From the NCBI GenBank assembly GCA_002633005.1, contig NMRA01000471.1, forward strand, positions 55,187-119,186: 64,000 nt of DNA, read 5' to 3'. The notes beneath the pieces are model-generated. The model searched no databases. It was not told the DNA's origin and saw only the letters and a list, made by a program, of their open reading frames with translations. This DNA is from Phoronis australis. Lineage: Eukaryota; Animalia; Phoronida. Of the stretch, positions 13,173-26,025 are shown piece by piece. Each line of letters opens with the position of its first letter. Position 1 is the stretch's first letter. Position numbers and translations under genes: made by a program.

Positions 13173-15579
13173 GACGCCCTAGCCAGGTTTCTCTGATTTC
13201 ATGGACATGTTAACTCTAACTTTACCTAGTTTTCTGTTATGAAAATGGAGATGACATCATGAGTGTCAAATGGATTTCCTCTCCATGGGTTTGGTTGGCT
13301 CATGTTACACATCAACATGCAGGGTTTCACCAAAACATTGTTTCTGGCTTAGTTTTCTTTTTGTAATGTTTATTACGAAATCTTCAGAATACAATGAATA
13401 TACATAACCCAGAAAGCGCCAAGAGGCATTACAAAGAAGTCTATATACAATGATTATATGCGAATACATAAATAAAAAAACTGATGTTAAGAATACAATG
13501 GTATATGACAACGAATGAAAATAATTCATTTTCATACAGATGTATAAAATTCTATCCACTCACACAAAGAGATTTAATGTTATAAAGAAATTCTGATACT
13601 ATTTCAAATAAAACCTTATTTTCGTTTGAGTTAAGTTCTTGACATCCATACAGAAAGAAATTAATGTTGTTGTACAATTGCGGAATTTCAGAATATTTTT
13701 TATAAACATTGGGGTATTGTTTGAGTGCCTGGAAGAGCTGTACCCTCTCCTCCTTGCATACCTCACAAGCAAAGAAAACATGAGGATATGTCTTGGTATC
13801 TCCACAGGAACACAGAGGCGAAATATTATTAAAATTATGTCTAAATTTCTCGTTGTTTAGGAATAGACCACATCTTGATCTGTATAGGGTTATTTCATGG
13901 TTGTTTCTGGCTTAGTTGTCTCTAGTGTAAACAAATATCCAATAATCTATGTTTTTAAAGTATCAAAACTGATCGACCCAGAAATAGTAAAGATACAATT
14001 TGTGCTATAGCTTTAATTCTGAGTCCTCCAACTGCACACTGTTCCAAACACATGGCTTACAAACAATAACATGAATGTGGTCAACAGTGTAACTGATATG
14101 GCCTGAGGGGACTCACTTGAGGCTTTAATAATGGGATGACTCATATGTTTCACTTCCACTTTGAGTTTACATGTATTTAGCCTAATGAGATTTTGTGGTC
14201 AAAGAAATACACTTTTCATTTAGAACAAAACAAGAAGATTCTGAGCAAAAAAATTCGAAAACTATACTAGGTTCGTTTTTTCCAGCTGAATACTGCCGTG
14301 ATGTTTGTTGTTAAAGAAAATTATTGGTTAATACATTTTGAAAATTTACCAATATTGTAAAGGCAGGGATGTTTACTACGGTTTATGGTAGGGTAATTAT
14401 ACTTAATTGGGTCTTGCTCGCACCGGACAATGCGGTCATCACAACTAGCTGTATCCGACTTCGGTGCCGTGCTGACTCTAAGCCGCTCAGAAGGACGAGC
14501 TGCGAAAATTCCCGCATTGATCATTAGAAATGAGTGACTTCCTTGCAAGAATATTTTCAAGGCATAAAAGAAAGAGCCAGCAGTTAGTTATTGAGACCAA
14601 GCATTTGCCATGATTACTACATTTAAAGGTTTTTATGCCCCCAGCATTCGAACCAATCCCTCCAGCCAGTCTATCTTTTGTGTTCACATTCTAATTGCAT
14701 ACAAGCTATACTTTTTATCTTTATCAGTAAGAGACTGAGATCAATTCAAACTGATGAAAGAATCTAAGCAGTGGAAATCTACTGTGAACTATGACCCTGC
14801 AGTTTGTAATGATTAATTTCAGTGAACGGCCTTGACCTTGAGGAGTCCCTTTTAAGTTTGCAAGTGTTTAAAGATGGTAGGAGTAAAATTTCCCCACCTG
14901 GAAACAATTGAGAAAGTTGCGTAATGTGGTTAATATATGATATGGTTAATTAAACCTAATGCCACGATGAATTAACTGATGCCATGAGACAACTTCAAGG
15001 AATGGATGACAAGTCACAGTTGTCACATTTCATTATTTTGAGAATGCCACAGGGAAGTCTCAATTGTCACATTTCTGAGCTTTTTGCATGTACAAGGCTA
15101 ATCAACTTTCGATCCATTTGTCGCACATGCCAGACACATTATTTGTCAGTGATAACGATGAATCCCATAATTTTACAATTTGTGAAAAAAATACCTGATG
15201 CAGCATACACCAACTGCAAACTCAACAAAATTTTATCACAAATATTACACATACTGGTAAATAATGAAATATTTGCCAGAATTGTTGTTTTTTCTATTTT
15301 TCAAAAGCTGATAGCCTCCAAACAACAGAAATGTAGCATAATGTCATTTTATGACATCCACACAATAAAACTTTCCGTAACTACATTTTTGTAGAGAAAT
15401 TTGACAAACAACTTTTCATTTAGTCTTATCGTGAGCTTAAATACGTGTCACTTTCAATAATTTGGTAATTAAAGTGCATCATGTAAACTCTGGACAAGGT
15501 AATGTCCTGTGTCATTGTCATAAGCAGCATTTACACGAGAGACAGTTGACCCGGCGCAGATAAAATGGAGCAGCTGATC

Positions 15580-15742
15580 GGGTGCAAGTGTGTGTAAACA
15601 CAACAGAAGCGGTGCAAGTGTGTGTGTGTAAACACGACTGACACGGTGCAAGTGTGTGTGTAAACACGACTGACACGGTGCAAGTGTGTGAGTAAACACG
15701 ACTGACACGGTGCAAGTGTATGTGTAAACACAACTGACACGG

Positions 15743-15773
<31 letters not shown>

Positions 15774-15926
15774 AAACACGACTGACATGGTGCAAGTGTG
15801 TGTATAAACATGACTGACATGGTGCATGTGTGTGTGTAAACACGATTGACACGGTGCAAGTGTGTGTGTAAACACGTCTGACACGGAGAAAATGTGTGTG
15901 TAAACACGCCTGACACGGTGCAAGTG
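15580..15926. repeat. ~31-bp minisatellite with variable (TG)n
   Basis: ggtgcaagtgtgtgtgtaaacacgactgacac. Confidence 0.9.
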
Positions 15927-16278
15927 ACATTGCGAAGGCCAGTTTTTCACACCAGTTTGATAGGTAGAATGAGTTACACTCGACCAGTTGCTCCAGTGTC
16001 AACTACATACATATCTAAACACAACTAGGGAAAGGCGGAAATGGATCATCTTTCAATGCGCTTGCGCAATAACGTATATTCGGGTGATCAGCAGGCATTC
16101 CACATAATTTGGACATTCATAATTGTTTACAGACAGTCTTCGTGTACATGTGTCTCATGCCGATCCATTTTGCAAAATGTCATGTAAATGTGACATATAA
16201 GTGGAGCAAGTTGCGCCATGGCAACTGACACTGTGACAACTGTCTCTCATGTAAAAGTGGTTATATAGCTATACATAC

Positions 16279-16553
16279 CTGATCATTAATGGGCATCACT
16301 AGAACTCCGCCCACTTTAATCAGATTCTTCATGTAGTTTTCATGTTCTGGTGGACAGGCGGCGCCACAGTACACTCGATCGTAGAGACGACAGCCAGAGT
16401 TGATTAGCAGACAATTTCCAACAACAAACTGTGGTTCACAGAATTCAAACTCGTCAAAAGCCTCGCTGTGGTTCTTGAATGACTCCAGACACTGCCTCGC
16501 ATGCACGACCACATCAGCGTGCAACTCAATCCCATGATTTGTGCCATGGGGAC
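16279..16553 (-). CDS. PCMTD1: PCMTD1/2-like, coding exon 2
   Basis: GPHGTNHGIELHADVV...FDEFEFCEPQFVVGNCL...YDRVYCGAACP...LIKVGGVLVMPINDQ; cag acceptor, gtatgt donor; phase 1 to 0. Confidence 0.95.
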
Positions 16554-17742
16554 CTGTATGAGAGAAAGGCCCAATTGTTAGTGTCACTCAAATGTTCACA
16601 CATCACACATTCATTTATCTCAAATTTTTAAAGCACAGAATACCTTTAGTAAAATCAATGTACATATTAAAACAACACACAATACAGAATAACTATTTAT
16701 GATCAACACATGTCTCTCCCCAATAATATATACATGATACATGCCTGACAAGCTCATTACCAGAGATGGAAAGGAGACTGTGGTAGGCAATATAAGGTCA
16801 TTTATTATGACAAATACAATTACACGTAGTAGGTAGTGAATAAAAATAAGTAAAATGAAAAAATGATAATCTCTGGTAAGATGGGCAATAAAAAGCGCCA
16901 CCCACGTGGAGGTATGAAAAAAGTCACGAATGGGCAGTGGTGGGGGGTGGGAAAAATGTCGAAGTTTTAGAACGCAAGTCATGCTACAAAGATTAAAAAA
17001 TTTAGGTCACACTGATGGCAGAGCACAAAGTATAGACCATAGAAATAATGAAATAAAACGCTTATATTTCATTAAGAAATTTGACAAAATTTAAATCCAC
17101 TTTTCGACAGGTCTCCTAAACACGAGTTGCCCCTTTCAGCACTTAACAGGCACAAAATTTAAGTCTTGCGGACCTGGACACAAGGAACAAGAACCTGACC
17201 AAACAAAAAAAGCACAAAGCGAATGTAATAACTAAGCCAGTGTGTTCACCCTAAGAGGATGATGTGAAGTTTTGATAGGCAAACTATGAGCTCCATCATT
17301 AAATCTGAGTGTCAATGTGTACTTTGAGCCACTTAAAAAGACATAATTGGTTTTACAGCTGAAAAATGCATTTGTGAGATTATTGTAGGATAGGATAAAC
17401 TTTGTAACAATATTTATAAGCTTTAACCAGAGTGTACAACAAAATCCACTTTTTTCAAACATTTGCTAAAATCAGCCGGTGACTTTATGCTGTTAAATTA
17501 CGTTTCAAATACTGGTTCAATTACAAGCTGAAGTTGACTTCAGGAAATCCTTGTTCTCACCAGTAATGTCAAGTTAATTATACCTCAATCACTCCATAAA
17601 AAGTGTCTGCCTGGGAGATGACCTAAAGTTAATATAATTTGTTCACTTATGTAGTAAGTAAAATGAATACTTAAACATTTCACAATTCAGTCCACATATC
17701 TAATTGATCACGAAATTTCACGGGCAGAATTCCTTGTAAATA

Positions 17743-17858
17743 TCCCCTAACTAATCCCCCAATACCCCCAAACTAACCCCCCAATACCCCCAAACTAACC
17801 CCCCAATATCCCCAAACTAACCTCCCCAATACCCCCAAACTAACCCCCCAATATCCAC
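17743..17858. repeat. C-rich ~22-bp tandem repeat
   Basis: cccccaaactaaccccccaata; G-quadruplex-prone on the minus strand. Confidence 0.85.
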
Positions 17859-19137
17859 AAGATAGTTACACAATTTAAATACAATAAATAAACAAATCTA
17901 GGTTTGAAGAACTGAAAGTTCAATTGAGGTGCTAAGTCGATTAAGAACCTAAAATTTACTTCTGGTATGAAGTTTGATAAAAACTTAACGTGTTATTTTT
18001 CTCTGGTCTGTACCGCATGGTTTCTGATAAATGATCAGCTCTGACTCTGCTAAGGTCAGAACACCAGAGAACTTGTTGTTTGAAACTATATCCAAAAGCT
18101 CAATGTACACAATGTTTTGATTCAATTTTGTGACAGTTGCAAAATAGATTCAAAAGATAAGGCAAGTGAACACTTGTTGTATTCTATGGTTATAATGATG
18201 TGGGAATGATGCTTGGGTAGAACTTCACCTAGCAGACATCTAAATGGACGATACAGTCAGGCCAGCAATTTGCTCCTGTTCACCATTTGAATGCATAACC
18301 AATTAACTAAAGGAAGCACAACATGCCATCCTATCAGAAACAACAGAGATCGATGATCAAGAGTCACATCTTGAACATGAACCTTACTCAGTAAACAATT
18401 GTTTTTATCCTGGCACTAATCTACACTTTGTTTTGTTGTTATTTTCAGAGTTATGCACAGTTCAGTTATTACAAATCATGCGCCAACATGTAAGGATCAG
18501 TATTTCAATCGTTTGTTGAAACCCCGGAAGAAGAAGCATTGGTCTCTTTTAACTCGCTATCAACAGCTCTAGGAATAGGTCTGCTCAGAGTAAAAAAGTA
18601 CCCAGGTTATAAATGTAAGATACAACAAACATTATTGCTGAAACATGTCTCTGCAGCAACATTCAGGAATTTGACTTGTGGTCATAAAAACACAGTGACG
18701 CGGCATTAGTCATGGATGCCTTGAGAAATTGGGAAACTCATTTTGGATGACCTGGATGAACTCCTGGAGTTTGTGGCTGTTACTTCAGCCTAATAAATCG
18801 TTTAATCCTTATTTTATTCTGCGTTGAAGATCTTGGGATATTTTTGAGCTGCCGATGTACCGCTCAATCACAACAGAGCTTTGATTTACACATTCTCAGA
18901 TTTAATGAGACAGTTTCTACAAAATGCGCATGATAAATCCATCACCTTTATATTCAGTACACAATATATAGTTTCCAAAAACTTCTTTGTACAAATAAAA
19001 AAGAACATGTGGCAAAGTGGCCATTATCTGCAACAAAATGATTGGCTTTGCAAAACGGAAATTAAACATACTTTTGCAATCTTTTTTGTTTGAAATAAAA
19101 GAAGAATTGCCATACAATGTGAAGGCATATTTCATCA

Positions 19138-19491
<354 letters not shown>

Positions 19492-21819
19492 TTAGACCAA
19501 AAAGCACAGTTTATTTTGTCTGGTTTGTCAAACTCATTTTGAAATCTAACTCACAGACTCCAACAACAAAATCCGCCTCCATCAATTTTGGTCAAGGTCT
19601 GGTCACTCTGGTGTTTCTTTTTGAAAAGCTATATGAAGGGAGTTCCATGAGTTGCCAAGCAAGGATTACAAAAACGAACCCACATTCCTTTTGCCTGTTG
19701 GTTTTGTTTTTTGAAAAAGGGGGCAACTACAAAAAATACCAGACCATTCACCCCATTTTCAAAACACAAACCAGAAACAACTTTGCTTCTTTGGCCTTAT
19801 GGCTAAGTCTCACCAATTTCGTACAAACATATTGTCCTAATGGTCCTCTTATCATGTGAACTTACACAGTGTTTCAAAATACTGTCCGCTGGTAGCTACA
19901 GTACAAAACTTGAATATAGAAAAGCATTAATCTGGTGTTGTTCATCTTTTATCAAAAATAGGAAAATTAAATTTGTCACACTAAAGGTGTTTATAGGGAT
20001 TATGTTCCCTTTTTGTTTTTTTCTATTTTTAGCATTGTCATGTGGAGAATTTCTGGCTTACACTGGTCATTACTCAGATTCCCAAAGCCCCAGACAACTT
20101 TTATGATGCCTATGCAGCACGCCATTTGTATTGATGTAGATCTGAGCTAATGAAGTGGAAAGTAATAGCTAGCACTACTTTCTAAACAATGGTGGTTGTT
20201 ATTACACCCTAATTGTTTTTCTCTGGCATTTGCACAGAGTTAAAGCCTGCAATGTGGAGGGCAGTTTTAACTTGGTACATTTTAAATATTACAAAATGAC
20301 TAAAAAGTTTAATTTGCGTTCATCTTGACAAAGGAACGTTTGTTTTAAATATGTTTCATACCTGTTTTCATTACTTTATTTTTAATACTCCCGTCTACTT
20401 GTTTTTTTTTCTTACCGGTTAGGGTTGCTATCTTTTTATTTTGTTTTTAAACGAAGTATCAAAACAACTTAGAGGTCAGTTAAATGTGAACCCATCCCTG
20501 AATTTTCCAGATTACAGCTACACCAAACATGTCACAGCAAACAAAACTACATGTGTCAATAGTTTAAGTTCAATCTCAAATCATTATATACAAAAGTGCA
20601 AATATGGTGATAGTCCTCTTTGGTCGAGTTCTCAGTTCTAATTGTTACTACATTCCAACTCTTTTCCGTTCTTACTTTTCATGTCTACTCATGCTGTTAG
20701 TTGTTCAGTTTAGCCTTTATTAGATTTTTTATTAAATCTTAATTTCTGTCACTCTACTCAGGGTTCTATATTCAACATGTCTCCAGTAATTTTTTCCTGA
20801 TGCAGCCATCTTGCTGATCAATAAGTCTTTGTCTCTATTTTTGCGTCATAATACTAATAACATTTTTCGACCACTTGTTTCTTGTTTTACTCTAAAACAA
20901 CTTGGATAAAACAGATTCCTGTCAATCAAATGTCACATGTCAATCATATTGAGTGTCACAAATTGGTGAGATGTCACCATTACCACTAATTTAAGGAGCT
21001 GCCATCAAATTACTCTTGTGATATTTTGAAACCACCAAAATTTTCTACGCAAATGATGCAAAATTGCTTTTCATGACAAACTATGAGTTTGATACAAATT
21101 CTCTCAACCATTTGGCAAAAGCCACTGTGATTATCTGACTGATGGCCCACTCAGACCAATATTAGTTTTCATTATGTGGGTCAACAGTATTATATAGAAC
21201 AACACAAGGATCTGTGAACTCTTTTCAACCCTGCCACTGCTGTATCACATGGTGCTGAATACACACAGCTATTTATGTAATTCTTTATGTGACCTAGGGT
21301 AGGACTGCTGAAAATGGGCACCTGCATTGACAGACAGGGGACTTGTGTTGACAAATATTAAGGAGGAAGCCTGTACTGCCAAAATGGGGGAGGGGCAAAT
21401 AGGAGGCCTGCACTACCAAATAGGGTGCCTAGAAAATTGGGGACCTCCATTGCCAAATGGGGGAGCCTCTGGTTGCTAAACTGCAAACAGGAGAGCTGTG
21501 GGGTGAGGGGGCTACATATTATACCAGAAAAATTCTTTAGTTTCCTTTTGCACACATTTCTATGTGAATCTGTGCATTTTCACTCGAGCCACCCCACAAA
21601 AGCAGTGGCATGTCATGAAAAGCCGGCCAATCCCTCATGTGCCCAAGGCTGATCTCTTGTTACAGTGTTTTGAAGGCTTGAATTCTAATAAGCACGATGT
21701 TAGCTGTTCATAAACAATGGCAATATTAAACAACTCATGCCTAGCTCACAAAAGCTTTAAAATTAAATTTTGAGAAAATATCCTCCATGGTGATTGAAAA
21801 AAGGTTTTTCGTGGTCTCG

Positions 21820-21921
21820 ATGAAGGTATGTTTATAAGTAAAATCAACTTACTCAGAGAAAGGAGAACTCTTAAATCTCCGGTCTCTGAGTAAGTTGATT
21901 TTACTTATAAACATCCTTCAT
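21820..21921. repeat. ~100-bp near-perfect inverted repeat (hairpin)
   Basis: ATGTTTATAAGTAAAATCAACTTACTCAGAGA pairs with TCTCTGAGTAAGTTGATTTTACTTATAAACAT. Confidence 0.9.
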
Positions 21922-23208
21922 GGTGTTATTCAGCTAGAAAAATTAACACAGTGTTTTTAACACGATTTTTAAAAATCGATGAACTACTGAGTTATGACAA
22001 TTTTAAAGACCATCCAAGGACATTCCACTCCCTGATTACTGATTACAGTACTACTTCATCAGTTTAGAGATCTCCGTATACAACAGACAGGTTCAATAGA
22101 TAGGTGGTAAAAGGTGCTGGGATTTTCAGAATGTTTCGGGATAAGTGTTAAAACAGTGGACATTCCTGTTACGATCTGCACTACAAAGAGGGAAAGATGC
22201 GCTACCAAAGTAAGCGCCATTTTTCCTGTTCAGCCTTTAAATTGGACAGTGGTTATCATCACCTGGGAGGCCATATTCATTTGTGGGTGGAGAGGTGCAC
22301 AGGTGGGAAATTAGGATATCCAACTATTTGATGAGTAGACTCAAAATTCCAAAAAAGTCATCCATGTGTAGTTGTGTTCCAGAAACACCTTTCAAAAGAC
22401 GAGGTGTTTATTACACAAACCTCGTCCTTCCCCATGGACGATTCTTGGACAGCTCATTAAACCAACGCAAAACAAGACATGCTATGTTGTCAGTAATGAG
22501 CCGGTACATCTCCTGCAACCTGTCACTTTAAGCAATTTAATATTCTGTATATTGCTATAATTGGAAAAGGGAGCTGTCTGCAGTTTCAAGCTCCTAAACT
22601 GCACCTTTGTGCACTTTTGTAGCAAATTAAATTAGAAAATGCACCGTTTCGTAGGGACATGTGATGGAAAGGGAACATAGGCAGGAGGAAGGGGGGAGGA
22701 CAGCAAGGGGCAATTGCCCCATCTAGATTTGGTCACCTCATAAAAAGTTTTCTCCAGCCAAAAATTCGGTTAGCACGACACCTTGTGAAAAAACATTGGA
22801 AAACACCACAGCACCAACAACAAAATGTAATAGAAAAGGGAAAAATTAGATTAAAAAGATAACTCAGGTTTTCAACTATTAATGCCGAGGTAAGCAGAAT
22901 TCCCAGTTGCTTGGAATTAATTCACACAACAGTACTCCAGCTGTTGCCAAGATACCTCTTTATCAAAAAATTTGATCCTAGGACTTGACCGTCGGTGACA
23001 ATAAAACACTGGATAAAATAAATTCATACGTCGTGGACTAAAACTGGTGACCTTTTGCACTGCTTTAATTCTGAAATTGAATTCCTCATTAAAAGTTTCG
23101 GTAAGCGTTTTAAATCGAAAGTTGCTTTTGTTAATGAAGGTGGGTTTAAAGCAACTTAGTTTACATAGCTGTCACCAGGGGATATAACGTCATATCCTCT
23201 CATGACAG

Positions 23209-26025
23209 CACTGTGAAAATGTCCCGTTTGATTTGGGCAAGTGACTAAACGAAGCATTGTTGGAGGGTCAATTAAAAACATCACAACCTCATGTCACTGT
23301 ATGCACAAAAGCCATTCTCAATGAATCGCGACAATTCGACACCTGAGACACTCGATTTTCAAGTATCTTCCTCTGGAGCTAACGTATTAGTTTTTCTTAA
23401 TTTAACGTATGAATGATAAGTTTTGAACAATTTCCTCAGCTCAGCAAGTGCAGTTATAGAGTTATTTTGTTGTTTTATTAGAGCAACTGGATAATTTTTT
23501 TGAAAACAGAAAAACGCGTTCGTTGGGTTAATTTTCGGTCTAGTTTGTAATCATTGACAACGAACAATCTCATTGTGCAATTTTATCAATCAGTATGCTT
23601 GGTAAAATCGAGAAAAACAGCTCTTAGTATTTTCTACTTTCTTGTGTATTTTTCATGGACATATAAAAATTTAACTTTTGAACTAAATTTTTACCTTTTT
23701 AAAACACGTCGTTTGTTTATAACTGTGTTTTATAAAAACAGGTGCCGTGGTGTTTGCACTTGTCTTAATCTTCATTAGCGACTATCGATCATTCAGAAAC
23801 TGGTATCCAATATCCGGTAACGTGATGACTAAAAAACCCTTAAGTGAATTTAAAGACGTCTCGTAAATGACACATCATGTCCCGTAAGTGAGTGCAAGTG
23901 ATATTGTGACGTTGGCTAATATTTCTGACCACCAACACTTCAGGAAATAACTGGTATGAAATAATGACGGATAGTACACGTATTTAAGGCTATTTGTTGT
24001 CACCTGTATGAGTTGATGTAACTGATTACGTAATAAAAATAGCAACAGATTATAATTCAAGTGTCTGTGATGCAAGAAGGCACATTGGAGACATTTGTAA
24101 CACAACTCACATGTACATGTACAGGTAAATCCAAAAGTTTGCATTCAACATTTTTACAACATTTGATAAACAATTGTGCCTGACATCTAACACGTCACAA
24201 GTCACGTCCCGTAAATGACAACTTAAGGTAATTCAAGTGTTGACAATTGGGCTAAAGACTGTTAAGGTTAAAAAACTTTTAGCAGCAATTTTAACTCGGC
24301 TTTAAACGTCATTAGGAAAAATCAAGATAGTCCAGTAATTCATCTGACGTCTTGAACGCTCTGCAGCTTTCCCAGTAGATGCGAGGTCAAAGACGAGCTT
24401 CAGGATGTCATCTTTCCGTAGCCAAATCTTGTTTCCTTTGGCCACATAAACAATCCACTCATTTTACTGGACGGCTGCAACAAGTTAAGTTCCACAGGCA
24501 AGTCGACATCATCTGAGTCCACGACTTGTCCGAGATATTGCCTTGCTTCACTTATATATTGACTTCTTTGGTCTCAGCTAACAATCTGTTGTTTTCTTGT
24601 CTTCCGACTTTTTGTACTTCTGTCAGTTCTGACACTGGTACGAAATACCCGTAACTCGTCGTTCACTTTCTCTTCTAAGCCATTCGTCACCAAGTTGTGC
24701 CTTTTTACGGGCTCTGTAGACTATTCCTTCATCCGCTGCGACTTGGACTTTGGCATTCCGCAACGCAAACCAAGGTGACAAACTCTAATTAATAGGTATT
24801 AAATAAAATAAAAGATGTCATTATTATTTTTTCAAGGTCAGCTGCATTAAGTTATGTATCGTCACAGATAACAATTTAATTACTACTTAAAAATGAAATG
24901 AATTTGAGTGAAAATAGAACAAATCACTTACGGGACACTGGATGTCATTTACGTGACAATTTTTTACGAGAACTTATCAAGACCAATGTCAAGCAAATTC
25001 TAATCAAAGTATGTTTCACAGGAAGCATTTCGTCACTTCTTCTAGTACGTTAATAACGACCCTAAAACATGTGAATTATAAGTGACATTACTGAAAACTT
25101 ACCCAAAAGTTCTGCTGACTTCTTTAGCGAATATTTTCATACAGTATCGATGTCGGTTGAAGCGCATGTGCTCGTTCTTGAAAAATTGACCTATATTCAT
25201 GTCACACATGCGAATAGTAGGTGAAATTAATTGGACTTTACCTAATTATAAAATTGTCGTCCCGTAAATGAAGGCTCGTAAATGATAAGCAACCAATTTC
25301 AAATGCCAATTTTTTTCCTAAATGTTCGCTAAAAACTTTCAAACCTGTTTATTGATTTCGCACATCACCATAGCTTTGTTGAGTTATTTTAGTTTCCACA
25401 TCTTCATTTTAATCAACGCAGTATTGTTGAATTTATGCACGTCTTGTAAATAATTCTAAAAAAAGTTCCACCGCGCTTCTTGAAAAGCAGTGCCACACAG
25501 CCACTTTCAGATGAGGCAAAGATTTAAAAAAATAATGCCATCGCCGTTTTTTGTGTATTACAAATTATTGATCGCAAATTCACTAAAATATCTTCTGAAA
25601 CTTTTTTTACAAAAACACGCCAATGAGGTCTCGTAAATGATTTGAGATTTGGCTTCACTCAGTAAACATGGTGGTAATTAAAATTTATTTTTTGTTTATT
25701 ATAAACGTTGACTTTCTCTTTAAATATGTCTCGCTGAGTTTCCAAAACGCATTTATTCATTTCGATTGGACAGGTTATTATAACAAAAAAGAGCCTGTTT
25801 CTACATTGTCGTTTTTTCAGCTTCACGCAATTTTATGGAACCCTAGGCTACATGGCGCATTGTGACAGCTACCGTGTAAATTGTAGCCGGTCATAAGACA
25901 CAGCACCCACATTAGACATATTTTTCTTTATTTTAAAGATCTTTTGACGTTGTTTCATGACTTCTGATATTCTCTGTGGTGAGCTGAACATTGGCTTCAG
26001 CATTTGTCGCGATTCATTGAGAATG
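23209..26025. mobile_element. Decayed DNA transposon or nested elements, boundaries ambiguous
   Basis: Recurrent GTC(C/T)CGTAAATGA motifs; frameshifted minus-strand coding relic at ~24300-24560; 22-bp inverted repeat 23313/26004; CAC..GTG ends flanked by ACAG. Confidence 0.45.

Noticed and set aside
14321-14687. Possible extra PCMTD exon
   Set aside because: Exon 2 (…INDQ) joins exon 3 (LVKM…) in phase and colinearly with known PCMTD; these ORFs show no similarity
14751-14780. CTGATGA...GAAA hammerhead-like core
   Set aside because: No stem II pairing and no flanking stems; other CTGATGA occurrences fail in the same way
15469-16002. His/Thr-rich ORFs
   Set aside because: Minisatellite translation inside a PCMTD intron; not needed for the gene model
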